From contig NZ_CP046580.1 in NCBI RefSeq assembly GCF_013365495.1, forward strand, positions 660,001 to 692,000: DNA of 32,000 bases, read 5' to 3'. The translations under genes were made by a program, and so were the position numbers. Under the pieces are notes generated by a model. It had not been told where the DNA came from and did no database searches. It saw only the letters and a program-made list of their open reading frames with translations. Below are positions 20,241-31,350 of this stretch, piece after piece. Positions within the stretch are counted from its first letter, which is position 1. Each line of letters opens with the position of its first letter. This DNA comes from Candidatus Saccharimonadota bacterium (GTDB lineage: Bacteria > Pseudomonadota > Alphaproteobacteria > Rickettsiales > Anaplasmataceae).

Positions 20241-21007
20241 CCAATTTTTCAAATTATCAATACTACAAAACAAAAAAACAGATAAAATCCCATCTTATCG
20301 ACAAAAAATATAAAAATAGTTATTTTGCCTAGCAACCCTAATTAAAAGCATCTAACTTGATACTATAGATACTCTACTTAAGAGAGCACCTTAACAAGAA
20401 AACTGTTGAATATATAATTCAAATTTTTATTGCATAAAAAACAGCTAACAAACACTCTCTTATAAATACTGTCAATTTATTTAAACTACTTTACAGAGGT
20501 ACTGCTTTCAAAGCAGTGAGCAAAATAACATAAAAATTTTTTTTATTAAGTTTATTATTAATAGTTACATTATAAATAACAAACAAATTCTAAACTTTAA
20601 AGATTACCCCTTTATTGATATCAGCCAACTCTGCAACCGCACGATACAAAAAGAATTTTTAATATAAAACTTAAAGCATTACTCCTAAAAAAATAGGACT
20701 CAATGATACAATAAATTTATACCCTCAAAAAGATTTAAAACAAATTTAAAAGTCTCACAAATTTTTAAGATGAAATATATACTATTTCTAAAAAATCTAT
20801 CCTTAAAAAAACTTAATTTACTTATAAACTTAAATAACCTCTATATATTTTATCAAAAATACAAAAAATATTAATAAAATTGTAAATTAAAATAAATAAA
20901 ATAAGCTGTACTAGAGATTATATATTTACAGAGCATATATAATCTTGACTTCATCTCATAAAATATATACTTTATCTGCTAGTATAGCTTAAACTTTTAT
21001 CATAAAA

Positions 21008-21733
21008 ATGATATTAAATCCACTAGAACAATTCAAAATATATACAATAATAGAGTTACCCATGTTATTTGGGTACAACATAAACTTTACTAATTCATCT
21101 CTCTTCATGCTGATTTCAACAGTCTCAATTATACTTTTCTTATTCTCAGGAGTAAAACATAAATCAGCAACACCAGAATATTTACAAGTCGCAGTTGAAT
21201 ATATATATGATTTTGTTATTTCAATAATAGAAAATAATACTGGAAGCAAAGGCTTAAAGTACACTTCGCTAATATTCACAGTATTTATTTTTACTTTATC
21301 ATGTAATTTAGTTGGTATTCTTCCATACAGCTTTACAGTCACAAGTCATGTGGTAGTTACTTTTGCCTTATCTATGGTAACTTTTACTTATACAACTGTT
21401 ATTGGGTTTAAAGAAAAAGGAATAAAATTTCTCCGTATATTACTGCCAGAAGGAACGCCATCATGGCTTGCTTTAATGATGATTTTTATTAAGCTATTTG
21501 CCTACCTCGCAAGACCCATCAGTTTATCAATTAGACTTGCTGCAAATATGATTGCAGGGCATACGATTATTAAAGTAATAGCAGAATTCATTATGAATAT
21601 GCATTTCATCCTAACTCCTATACCATTTTTATTTATAATTGCCTTAATAGGATTTGAAGTGTTTGTTGCAATTTTACAAGCTTACATATTTACTTCCTTA
21701 ACATGTGTATACCTGTCAGATGCAGTAAAATAA
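21008..21733 (+). CDS. atpB: F0F1 ATP synthase subunit a
   Basis: Polytopic protein with the conserved [10 protein letters not shown] (essential Arg) helix. Confidence 0.95.
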   Translation: MILNPLEQFKIYTIIELPMLFGYNINFTNSSLFMLISTVSIILFLFSGVKHKSATPEYLQVAVEYIYDFVISIIENNTGSKGLKYTSLIFTVFIFTLSCNLVGILPYSFTVTSHVVVTFALSMVTFTYTTVIGFKEKGIKFLRILLPEGTPSWLALMMIFIKLFAYLARPISLSIRLAANMIAGHTIIKVIAEFIMNMHFILTPIPFLFIIALIGFEVFVAILQAYIFTSLTCVYLSDAVK

Positions 21734-21796
21734 TTGACTTCATTTGTAGGTATTTTATAATGAACAATATAATAAAGAAAATTGTAAAGGTAACAT

Positions 21797-22024
21797 ATGG
21801 ATTTAATAGCTTTAAAGTTTATAGCAATTGGATTAAGTGTACTTGGCATGCTTGGAGCTGGTATTGGTGTAGCAAACATATTTGCTACCATGTTAAGTGG
21901 ACTCGCAAGAAACCCTGAATCAGAAGATAAGATGAAAAAATATGTTTATACAGGAGCAGCTTTAGTTGAAGCAATGGGATTATTTGCATTTTTACTTGCA
22001 TTATTACTAATATTTGCTGTTTAA
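21797..22024 (+). CDS. atpE: F0F1 ATP synthase subunit c
   Basis: 75-aa hairpin proteolipid with GLARNPE loop and GAALVEAMGLFAF (carboxylate Glu). AAAGG SD at 21786-21790. Confidence 0.95.
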   Translation: MDLIALKFIAIGLSVLGMLGAGIGVANIFATMLSGLARNPESEDKMKKYVYTGAALVEAMGLFAFLLALLLIFAV

Positions 22025-22025
22025 T

Positions 22026-22505
22026 ATGCCACAACTAGATACTTCAACTTTCTTCTCTCAAATTTTCTGGTTTTCAATCTTTTTCTTCTTGCTCTTTTTT
22101 ATAGTCAGCAGTTCATTTCTGCCAAAATTAGATGAAATAATAAAAATGAGAAATAAAAGAATATTAGACTCTTTCAACAATTCTATTCGTCTTCTTCAAC
22201 TTATAGAAAGTCAAACTATCAAATACAATTTAGCTTTAAACAAAGCTAAAATACAAGCCAAAAAAATCATAGATAACACATTTATCCAAGTAGAAGAAAT
22301 GAAAGCAAATGTAAAAAATACGATAAAAGAAAAAGATAAAAAAATGAATAAGCTCATAGAAGAAAAAATAGCCAAATTTAAATCTGAATACACTGATGAA
22401 TTAAAACAAATGGCTATTAACATTGCTTCAATTTACTATAATAAACTAACTAGTTCTAAAATTGAAGAGGAGTTTATTGCTAACTTAATATCTAAAGAAT
22501 TTTAG
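22026..22505 (+). CDS. F0F1 ATP synthase subunit b'
   Basis: The ATG at 22026 gives MPQLDTSTFFSQIFWF..., the typical alphaproteobacterial b' N-terminus, followed by one TM and a long charged helix. The ORF-track TTG start at 22014 overlaps atpE and is less likely. Confidence 0.85.
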   Translation: MPQLDTSTFFSQIFWFSIFFFLLFFIVSSSFLPKLDEIIKMRNKRILDSFNNSIRLLQLIESQTIKYNLALNKAKIQAKKIIDNTFIQVEEMKANVKNTIKEKDKKMNKLIEEKIAKFKSEYTDELKQMAINIASIYYNKLTSSKIEEEFIANLISKEF

Positions 22506-22513
22506 AGGTTTTT

Positions 22514-22987
22514 ATGTCTCCATCAATAATTGTTGCTCTTGCTTTTTTAGCAACTTTTATCTTTTCATATAGGGCACTAAAAAAAACAATAAAAAATACT
22601 CTTAACAAAAAACGCAATAATAGCAAGCTTATAAGTAAAGAGATTGAAAAATTTAAAAAAGATGTATTAGAACATTACAAAAAGTCTTCTGAAAAATATA
22701 CTCAATTAGATGAGGAAATTAATAAAATAATGAATGAAGTACTGAATAAAGCCAATAGAATCATCAAATACAATAGACAACAACTAGACCAAACATTAAA
22801 TGAAAATGCTTACTTCCACTTTAAAAAAGTAACTAATCATGTTGAAAAAGCTATTGATAATTTACAAGCTAACACAGTAAATATAGCCGCTAACGCCGTA
22901 AAAAAAGCAATGCAAATGCATCAAGACAATAACAATAGTAAAATTATATCCACACTTTCACGCAATTTAAACAAAAAATTACATTAG
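22514..22987 (+). CDS. atpF: F0F1 ATP synthase subunit b
   Basis: A single N-terminal TM (IIVALAFLATFIFSY) then a K/E/N-rich helix. It is the fourth gene of the atpB-E-b'-b order. AGAGG SD at 22504-22508. Confidence 0.8.
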   Translation: MSPSIIVALAFLATFIFSYRALKKTIKNTLNKKRNNSKLISKEIEKFKKDVLEHYKKSSEKYTQLDEEINKIMNEVLNKANRIIKYNRQQLDQTLNENAYFHFKKVTNHVEKAIDNLQANTVNIAANAVKKAMQMHQDNNNSKIISTLSRNLNKKLH

Positions 22988-24352
22988 ATTTTATAATAAT
23001 TTCCTACTTAATATATAAAAGAATTAACTTTATTTTAGTGAACAAAAAATAAAAAAGCTTTTTACCGTAAACCTAATACAGTTTCTTAACAAGATTAAAT
23101 AATATTTTTCTTATTAAAAATAGTGCAAGCTAAGACAAAAATCTTTAGATCAAAATTCACTTATCTATATAACTGCATACAACAAAATATATATCAATTT
23201 TATTAAAATCTTAATTTAACACTAATAAAAAAACGTATTACACCTTATTTTAACATTCTCACTTATAGCTAAATATTTATACTTATTTAAACTTATAACT
23301 AAAATTCTAACTAATATAGAGTTTTAACTGCAAAATGCTTTAACAAGCGAAATGAAAAATTTACCTATACATATTTTATTGCAGTATTTTATTATTTCTT
23401 TTTTTCTTAAAAACAGTTAATGATAAAACAATGGAGTATTGAATTTAGTTATTCAGAATCAAAATTAGATTTAAAGCTTTTGAGAAAGAGGAAAATATAT
23501 TTCGTAATATTTTAAAAAATAATAAGTACTTCATTCTTCAACCATAACAACAACTAAGTCGTAATCACAATATTTATGACCTAATAAAAAAATTGTATAT
23601 CATATATAATATGAACTCAACTCACTGAATAAAAACAATTTAATAAAATAATAATAAATTAGTTATATATAACAAGATAAATTACTAATTATTATGATTA
23701 TAGTTGGTTTTATAAAACCTTTTACTCTAAAATATATGAACTGATTTTAATACTTATATTAAAATCAAAAAAATGAATATCATACACCTCTCTCTAGATA
23801 ATAGAAAACCATTCTTATTAAAAATTTTAAAAAAAGTACTTTCTATAATGCTATAGTAATCTACAAAATCATAATCTAAATCTAAGACTTTATAACTATG
23901 ACATACAACATAATTATCAATTTTAAATGAAATACTAAGAAATTATTAATAATCGTACTTGTTTAGATTAGTAAACATATAGTAAATTAGGAATTATATA
24001 CAAGACTATATTATCCATTCAAAAAACACAAAATCATTTTTTCAAATATACTGACTGAACTCAAATCAAAAAAATTTTGCTATTGAGCCTTTTTGCTATC
24101 ACAGCTTTACATTTTTTACTTTTCTATCTATACTATTACCTTTATTAAAAATAACTTATTTTTTAATGAACTATTTCATACTATTCTATAATATTATATT
24201 CATACTAACTCTTTTAATAAGAACTCTATTAATCAATAAAGATGCCTTTATACTTTTTTTATATAATACTTCCTGTTTATAATCAGCTGCACAGTATTAA
24301 GTTTTCCTCACTTTACAAAACTTACTATTCATTTTCAGTATTAACAAGAACA

Positions 24353-25558
24353 ATGAAACAAAAAATATCAAAACCTGTAATTATTTGGCTCTTTCTCTGT
24401 TCTACTATGATAATTATCATGGTAGGGATTGGTGGATTCACCAGACTTTCAAAAGCAGGACTATCAATTACGGAATGGAAACCATTTACTGGAACATTAC
24501 CACCATTAAATGAACAAGATTGGCTACAAGAAAAATTAAGGTACGAAGCTACACCTGAATATAAAATATTTAATTATAGCATTAGCACAGAAGAATTTCG
24601 TATTCTATACTTAATAGAATATATACACAGATTAGCTGCAAGGTTAATAGGTTTAGCTTTTATTTTACCATTTATATACTTCTTACTGAATAGAAAAATA
24701 TCTAAAAAAGTAGCAATAAGATTATCTATAGTACTATTACTTGGAACATTACAAGCACTCACCGGTTGGTACATGGTTAAAAGCGGCTTAGTATCTGAAC
24801 CTTACGTTAGTCACTATAGACTAGCACTTCACTTACTATTAACATTAGCCATTTTTGCATTATTATTATATCAATTTTTTGATTACCAGATACAAACTCC
24901 AGTATTATATACACCATTACATAAATATTACAATATAAAAACAATCTTCACTAACAAAAACAATATTTCAGTTCCTAAATATCAAAATCAGAAAAATTTA
25001 ACCTTAAACAAATATGTCAAGCAGACACACAATAAAAACCAGACTTCAATGCCAAACACAAAAATTATACCACTTGCCATACATTATACTAATTATAACA
25101 TATACTATATAACACTTACTCTGACTTTAGTGACTATACAAATAATCTTCGGTGCTTTTGTCGCAGGACTAAATGCTGGTTTAACTTATAATACCTTTCC
25201 ACTAATGAATGAACGAATTATTCCAGAAGATTTATTTTCTTTACAACCTATATGGATTAATATCTTTGAAAACAAAACAACAGTACAATTCATACATAGA
25301 GCACTAGCATTAATAATATTAGTTCTGACAATAATACTCACAATGAAAAATACCAATATAAAATCTGCATATATTATGCTACTTTCCGTTATCGTTCAAA
25401 TAATTTTAGGGATAGCTACTCTGCTATTACATATACCAATAGCTGTCGCTATAGCCCATCAAATATTTTCATTTATCTTATTTGGATCAGGTATATATTT
25501 TTTATGTTATTTAAGAAAGCAAACCACATCACCAACCCGCACATTTCTTCCTTCTTGA
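24353..25558 (+). CDS. ctaA: Heme A synthase (CtaA/COX15)
   Basis: From the ATG at 24353: [52 protein letters not shown], the COX15 N-terminal signature. His-containing helices follow ([21 protein letters not shown]). The ORF-track start at 24242 adds 37 non-conserved residues. Confidence 0.9.
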   Translation: MKQKISKPVIIWLFLCSTMIIIMVGIGGFTRLSKAGLSITEWKPFTGTLPPLNEQDWLQEKLRYEATPEYKIFNYSISTEEFRILYLIEYIHRLAARLIGLAFILPFIYFLLNRKISKKVAIRLSIVLLLGTLQALTGWYMVKSGLVSEPYVSHYRLALHLLLTLAIFALLLYQFFDYQIQTPVLYTPLHKYYNIKTIFTNKNNISVPKYQNQKNLTLNKYVKQTHNKNQTSMPNTKIIPLAIHYTNYNIYYITLTLTLVTIQIIFGAFVAGLNAGLTYNTFPLMNERIIPEDLFSLQPIWINIFENKTTVQFIHRALALIILVLTIILTMKNTNIKSAYIMLLSVIVQIILGIATLLLHIPIAVAIAHQIFSFILFGSGIYFLCYLRKQTTSPTRTFLPS

Positions 25559-27663
25559 ATGGGAATATTCTTTATTACCATCTCTGACTCAGCACATATA
25601 ATATTCTCCATTTTCATCGATTCCACAACAAATAAAGGTTGTCCTACCCTCACTCGATCTCCAACCTCTACATGTAATTTAACTAACAAACCAGATATTG
25701 GAGACCTTACTGCATCTAGCATAACTCTTTCTGTTTCATTGTTTAATATAAACTTATTTAACTCAGCTACATGAGGCTTCAACACACAACACTCAGCTTG
25801 CATTCCAGCATGTTTAATAAAAAGTTTACTACCCTCTCTTCCTATTCTAAGAGTTAGACTTGTATCATCATTGATTGTAATACATAGCAACCTACAACTT
25901 AATTTCCACTTACCAAGTATAGAATATATATTATGATTATATACTGTTATCAACGCATTGTTTTGATACTTCGCGTTTATGGAATACTCGTTATCATTTA
26001 TTCTCACTATAAACAAATCTCTTATACTACTATCTGTAGTAGATATTGCCCCAATATTAATATTACCTACTTTACAATAGCACCTTTCCTCATTCTCTAA
26101 ATGTATATATAGTGCAGCAAAAATAAATATCTTAATGTACTCTTCTGTAATAAAGTCACCATGAAATCCATTTGGATAATGGTCCGAAATGAATCTTGTG
26201 TAAAGTTTTGCTGCAATAAAATTTGGATGATGGAAGATAGATTCAAGAAATTCTACATTATTTATTACTCCTTCTATATAACACTCAGATAATGCTTTTT
26301 GCATTTTATTAATTGCTTCTATTCTATCTTGTCCATATGTTATAATTTTTGTAACCATTGAATCATAAAATATACTAATTTCTGAACCTGCAACAATTCC
26401 ATCATCTACTCTAATACAACTATTGAACTCTTTACACAGCAACCGTTTTGATGAAAAATTAACATCATCAGTTACAACTGCACATGATGCTGGTGGAATC
26501 CACTCATTTCTTTCTTTAATTGTGGTATTTGATATTGAAGTCATAGAAGATTGTATAAAAACATTTTCATCTGGCTTACTGTAATACTTTATTCTTCCAC
26601 TAGAAGGAAAAAACTTTTTTGATGGGTCCTCAGCATAAATTCTGCTCTCTATTGCAGAGCCATTAAGCTTAATATCATCTTGACTAAACCTCAATTTTTC
26701 CCCACATGAAACTCTAATCATTTCTTCTACTATGTCCACTCCTGTTACAAACTCTGTTACTGGGTGCTCAACTTGCAACCTTGTATTCATCTCAAGAAAA
26801 TAAAATTTTTGATCCTTATCCACAACAAACTCAACAGTACCTGCTGAAAAGTAACCTACTTGCTTTGCTAAAGAAATACATTGGGTATACATTTCTTTTC
26901 TTACTCTCTCACTAATAAATGGACTTGGAGTTTCTTCTATTATTTTTTGATTATTTCTTTGTATTGAGCACTCCCTTTCTCCAAGACATACTACACCTCC
27001 ATATTTATCTGCTATAATTTGTATTTCAATGTGTCGTGATAACTCTATATACTTTTCCACAAAAATACTTCCATCCTTAAAACTTTTTTCTGCTTCATTT
27101 GTTGCCAATGTAAATGCTAGTTCAATTTCTTCTTTTGAATTCACAATTCGTATACCCTTACCTCCACCACCTGAAACAGCTTTTAACATAATAGGAAACC
27201 CAATCTTTTCAGCAACACTAGCTGCATGAGCAGCATTGCTGACCTTACCTATATATCCTGGTATTGCATTAACTCCAGCTTTCTTTGCCGCTTCCTTTGC
27301 TGTTACTTTATTAGCTGCCACTTCCATCGTTTCTGCACTTGGACCAATAAAATCTATATTATATTTTTGCAGAGCACGTGGAAAATCTGGATTTTCTGCT
27401 AAAAAACCATAACCAGGATGTACTGCTTGCACACCTGTTTCAACCGCTACTTCACATATTTTTTCAATATTTAAATAACTTAAATAAGAAGGTGAGGGAC
27501 CAATATATTTTGACTCATCTGCTTGTCTTACATGCACAGAATTTATATCTGCATCTGAATATACACATACACAAGATATACCTACCTTACGTGCAGTTCT
27601 AATAATCCTACAGGCAATCTCCCCCCTATTTGCTATTAAAATTTTACAGTACTTTTTTCTCAT
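25507..27663 (-). CDS. pccA: Biotin-dependent acyl-CoA carboxylase alpha chain (biotin carboxylase + BT + BCCP; propionyl-CoA carboxylase type)
   Basis: The ATG at 27663 gives [20 protein letters not shown]. Other motifs are [22 protein letters not shown] and the C-terminal biotinyl motif VESMKMEN. The ORF-track TTG start is at 27699. Confidence 0.87.
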   Translation of the reverse strand: MRKKYCKILIANRGEIACRIIRTARKVGISCVCVYSDADINSVHVRQADESKYIGPSPSYLSYLNIEKICEVAVETGVQAVHPGYGFLAENPDFPRALQKYNIDFIGPSAETMEVAANKVTAKEAAKKAGVNAIPGYIGKVSNAAHAASVAEKIGFPIMLKAVSGGGGKGIRIVNSKEEIELAFTLATNEAEKSFKDGSIFVEKYIELSRHIEIQIIADKYGGVVCLGERECSIQRNNQKIIEETPSPFISERVRKEMYTQCISLAKQVGYFSAGTVEFVVDKDQKFYFLEMNTRLQVEHPVTEFVTGVDIVEEMIRVSCGEKLRFSQDDIKLNGSAIESRIYAEDPSKKFFPSSGRIKYYSKPDENVFIQSSMTSISNTTIKERNEWIPPASCAVVTDDVNFSSKRLLCKEFNSCIRVDDGIVAGSEISIFYDSMVTKIITYGQDRIEAINKMQKALSECYIEGVINNVEFLESIFHHPNFIAAKLYTRFISDHYPNGFHGDFITEEYIKIFIFAALYIHLENEERCYCKVGNINIGAISTTDSSIRDLFIVRINDNEYSINAKYQNNALITVYNHNIYSILGKWKLSCRLLCITINDDTSLTLRIGREGSKLFIKHAGMQAECCVLKPHVAELNKFILNNETERVMLDAVRSPISGLLVKLHVEVGDRVRVGQPLFVVESMKMENIICAESEMVIKNIPIQEGRNVRVGDVVCFLK

Positions 27664-28466
27664 AATTACTAAATTCTCTCCCTCAAATTGCGAAAGCAAA
27701 TTTTTATATTATTACCTACAAACAATTTCACCCCATACATATATCTACCAACCTTTTAGAATACATAACAACAAATATGGCCATTATATTTATTTACAGA
27801 ACGCAAATTACCATCCATTGTAGTTAAATAACGATATATAAAAATATAAACCCAAGAACTATCCTATCAGTTACTAAAGTCAATACAAAAAATAAAAAAA
27901 CTGAGATAAACACAATTTTTCTCATAGACAAAATGACTCTTCATACCTACACTCTCACTTTATTTTATTCTTTCTAAATATTGTGAGAGAACAAAAAATA
28001 AGAAGATAACAATATCAAATTCTCTATCATCCATTTAATACAATTTTTATTATAGAACGGTAAAATACCTCTTTATCTTTTTTTTCTTTCTAATTTTTTC
28101 TGCCTTTTTATTCTCTAATATAATTTTCAAAAATTTTTTTCCGTTCAATTTTTTTGAAACAAAACAGCAAATTACTTTTTTATCCTATATCTATAGGAAA
28201 GAACTGACTCCATCTTGATCAAGCCCATACTAGCTATATAAGTAATACCTTTCTTATAAATTTTTAAAAATTTATCTTGATTTCTTTTTTTTACAATAAA
28301 GAATAAATTATTAGACTAAACTATAACACACCTTATCTCAATCAGATTAAATCTAAGCCATAATTTTTAAAAACAAATGCAATTTACTCTTCAGAAAAAT
28401 AAATTCTAAATTGTTAAAAGTGTGAATTCTAGCTATCATAATTTACATCATTATATATAGATAAAT

Positions 28467-29831
28467 ATGACAAGAATAATCACTAGGTTCGCCCCATCAC
28501 CAACAGGTTTTTTACACATTGGCGGAGCTCGCACTGCATTATTCAATTGGCTCTATGCAAAGCACCACAACGGCAAATTCTTACTAAGAATTGAAGATAC
28601 TGATAAAAAACGCTCAACACAAAAATCAATTGATGCGATAATAGATGGATTAAAATGGCTTAATATAAATTATGATGAGGAAATAGTATACCAATCAAAA
28701 AGAATAAAAAGGTACATTGAAGTTGCAAATCTTCTAATTAAAAAAAACAAAGCATACCACTGCTATTGTCCTGAAAATAAAATTACAGAAAAGCAAGTTA
28801 AAAAAAAAGGCAAAGTATATAAGCATAAATGTGTCAATATATCATCAAATGCGAAGCCAGTTATTCGATTTAAAGTACCAAATATACAAGATATTGTTGT
28901 TAATGATCAAGTATACGGCCAAATTAAAGTAAATAGTAGCCAATTTGATGACATAGTAATTTTACGCTCTGACACTACTCCAACATATATCTTTGCTGTA
29001 GTAGTTGATGACCATGATGCCGGAATAACTGATATAATACGTGGTTCTGATCACCTCACTAACACTTTTAAACAATTACTAATATACCAAGCTCTTGATT
29101 TTAATATTCCACGTTTTGCACATATACCACTCATTCATCTGGAAGATGGAAATAAGCTATCCAAAAGACATGGTGCAACAAACATTCATGATTATAAAAA
29201 AATGGGAATATTACCAAAGGCAATGCGTAATTACTTATTAAGACTTGGCTGGAGTCATAAAAATGATGAAATTATTAATGATGAGCAGGCAATAAAGTGG
29301 TTTAATTTAGAAAATATTGGTCGTTCACCCGCACACCTAGATTTTAAAAAACTAAAATATTTAAATCATTACTACATCAATAACATGAATAATGAAGATA
29401 TCATGAATCTAATTTTTAAAGAAAATACTCTAACTAACAAAAAAAAGAACTATTTACTACAAGGACTAACAGAATTAAAAAAAAGAGCAAGTTATTTAAC
29501 TGAATTATTAGACTTAGCACAGTTTTACATTCAAGATCCTCCACTTAATTTAAATAATGATGCTAAGCAAATTGTTAAATTTAATCTCAATATAATCAAG
29601 TTACTTGTTTCATTTCTCTCAAAAATTGGTAGTGAGAACTGGAATAATAAATTTTTATCCTCTCAAATTAAAAAATTTGAGAAATTATACAATATTAAAA
29701 CAAGTAATATATACCACTCATTACGTGCCCCTATAACCGGAATAATGGATGCACCTGGAATCATTAACATAATGATAATTCTTGGCAAAGATGAATGTAT
29801 AAGAAGATTACAACACGTTACTAACATTTAA
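28467..29831 (+). CDS. gltX: Glutamyl-tRNA synthetase
   Basis: RFAPSPTGFLHIGGARTALFNW (HIGH-class motif) and KLSKRHG (KMSKS). Confidence 0.95.
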   Translation: MTRIITRFAPSPTGFLHIGGARTALFNWLYAKHHNGKFLLRIEDTDKKRSTQKSIDAIIDGLKWLNINYDEEIVYQSKRIKRYIEVANLLIKKNKAYHCYCPENKITEKQVKKKGKVYKHKCVNISSNAKPVIRFKVPNIQDIVVNDQVYGQIKVNSSQFDDIVILRSDTTPTYIFAVVVDDHDAGITDIIRGSDHLTNTFKQLLIYQALDFNIPRFAHIPLIHLEDGNKLSKRHGATNIHDYKKMGILPKAMRNYLLRLGWSHKNDEIINDEQAIKWFNLENIGRSPAHLDFKKLKYLNHYYINNMNNEDIMNLIFKENTLTNKKKNYLLQGLTELKKRASYLTELLDLAQFYIQDPPLNLNNDAKQIVKFNLNIIKLLVSFLSKIGSENWNNKFLSSQIKKFEKLYNIKTSNIYHSLRAPITGIMDAPGIINIMIILGKDECIRRLQHVTNI

Positions 29832-29843
29832 GTAACACCAATA

Positions 29844-30887
29844 TTAACTATTAATTAACATTACTTTAAAGAGAGTACCCATATTTTCAGTTAACCTTAA
29901 AAATTCATTAAAAATCTTATTCCTCTGTTTACCATTTACATTATTTATTAAAGCTTGCACCCTTTCCTTTATACCAAAAAGATATAAAAATTCCCTTTGA
30001 GTTAAAATTTCACAATTTACATACCTTAATGAGCTCTTCAATGCTTGAAAATTTACGAGTGCAGTAATATCATTATTACCAACATTCTCAAGAAAACCAC
30101 TATAGTTATGTTGTCCTACAGATTGTAAAGTACTTTTATATGTAGGATATACATAGCCATAATCTATAATTATGGCAGCACCTTTATTACTAACTATTTT
30201 TTTTTCAAGTTTTTTTAACACTTCAATCCCAGCTAAACATACCTCTACTACAGCACCATCAAAAAATTTTCCATTTATTACTTGAGCAGCTGACATTAAA
30301 ATATACAATTTCTTTTTCTGAATCTTAGTTATCAAGCTTTGAAAAAACATCTCATTATTCTGCTTTGCTATTCTTTTTTCATACCACTTTCCACTATAAT
30401 ATATAAACTGATCCATAGGGAGAGCATCAAAAAATTCATTTGCTATAAAAATAGTTGGTTGCTCTGGTAAGTTACTAATATCAACATGCCAATTAATACT
30501 TAATTCTTTTAATTTTTCCTCTTGTATTTTTCGCAAAATAGGACTAATCTCAATTAAGTAAACATTCACTGACCTAAAAAAATCGCTGTATTTTTTAGTA
30601 ACTCTCAATATATCATAAATAAGTGTTCCTCTACCTGGTCCAAGTTCAACTAAAGAAAATTTTGGTGGCTTTCCTAACTTTTCCCATGTATACATAATCC
30701 AAACTGCAATTACTTCGCCAAATAATTGACTGATTTCAGGTGCAGTAATAAAATCACCATCTTTACCAAGTGGTGATTTATTCATATAATAACCATACTT
30801 TTTATGATATAAAACAACATTCATAAAGTCACTAATAGATATTGACCCTTGATTTTTATCAATCAATTTATATAAATAAGAAAGCAT
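29844..30887 (-). CDS. Class I SAM-dependent methyltransferase, MidA/NDUFAF7 (DUF185) family
   Basis: FITAPEISQLFGE and LVELGPGRGTL motifs at ~350 aa, as in alphaproteobacterial NDUFAF7 homologues. Confidence 0.8.
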   Translation of the reverse strand: MLSYLYKLIDKNQGSISISDFMNVVLYHKKYGYYMNKSPLGKDGDFITAPEISQLFGEVIAVWIMYTWEKLGKPPKFSLVELGPGRGTLIYDILRVTKKYSDFFRSVNVYLIEISPILRKIQEEKLKELSINWHVDISNLPEQPTIFIANEFFDALPMDQFIYYSGKWYEKRIAKQNNEMFFQSLITKIQKKKLYILMSAAQVINGKFFDGAVVEVCLAGIEVLKKLEKKIVSNKGAAIIIDYGYVYPTYKSTLQSVGQHNYSGFLENVGNNDITALVNFQALKSSLRYVNCEILTQREFLYLFGIKERVQALINNVNGKQRNKIFNEFLRLTENMGTLFKVMLINS

Positions 30888-30981
30888 ATTGTTAATAAAT
30901 GTCTAATATTATAATATATAAATTAGTAGAATATTTATATATATAATATAAACCTAAGAGCCTATTGATAACACTTTAATT

Positions 30982-31350
30982 ATGAATGATCAAAATACCA
31001 ATAATATTAACTCTACAAGTTCAAATAACAGTATTAAACACAAACTCAACAAAACTATCAATTTTACAAAAAATAAAGTTATCAATACTGATGGACTAAC
31101 TTTAGTAGAAGTATTTCAAGCACTAATTCAAATGCTGAATAGTGATTTAGAACTAGTAAAAAAAGTGCTAACACATGCTAATATTATGGTAAAACATGGA
31201 ATGAAAGTAGCAAAGGAATCAGAATTAAGCAGAGTCGATGTTCTTCGATTTCTCGAAAGCAAAAAAAAAAATATCAGTAGACAAAAAGATTATATCAGGA
31301 AACCATCTCCTACACCTATCATAAAATCACCTCCAAAAAAAGGATTTTAG
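30982..31350 (+). CDS. Hypothetical protein (122 aa; N/S/T-rich N-terminus, helical core, basic Pro-rich tail)
   Basis: An ATG ORF with no recognisable SD and no family recognised. Its stop TAG abuts the ATG of the next ORF. It contains an A11 run at 31261-31271. Confidence 0.5.
   Translation: MNDQNTNNINSTSSNNSIKHKLNKTINFTKNKVINTDGLTLVEVFQALIQMLNSDLELVKKVLTHANIMVKHGMKVAKESELSRVDVLRFLESKKKNISRQKDYIRKPSPTPIIKSPPKKGF

Noticed and set aside
20989-22423. ORFs 20989-21342 (-), 21682-21891 (-), 21703-21918 (+) and 22211-22423 (-) in the atp cluster.
   Set aside because: They overlap atpB, atpE or b' in other frames or strands, and the ATP synthase frames are clearly the real ones.
24242-24352. 5' extensions of ORF-track models. 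These are ctaA 24242, pccA 27699, def 12291, rnd 4585, nuoH 6023, b' 22014 and the NlpD-like gene 16256.
   Set aside because: The track takes the longest ORF, including TTG/GTG starts. In each case the conserved N-terminus begins at an internal ATG, and the added residues look non-conserved or overlap a neighbouring gene.
24574-27602. ORFs 24574-24774 (-), 25559-25774 (+), 27029-27229 (+) and 27378-27602 (+).
   Set aside because: They are antisense to ctaA or pccA. They are shadow ORFs.
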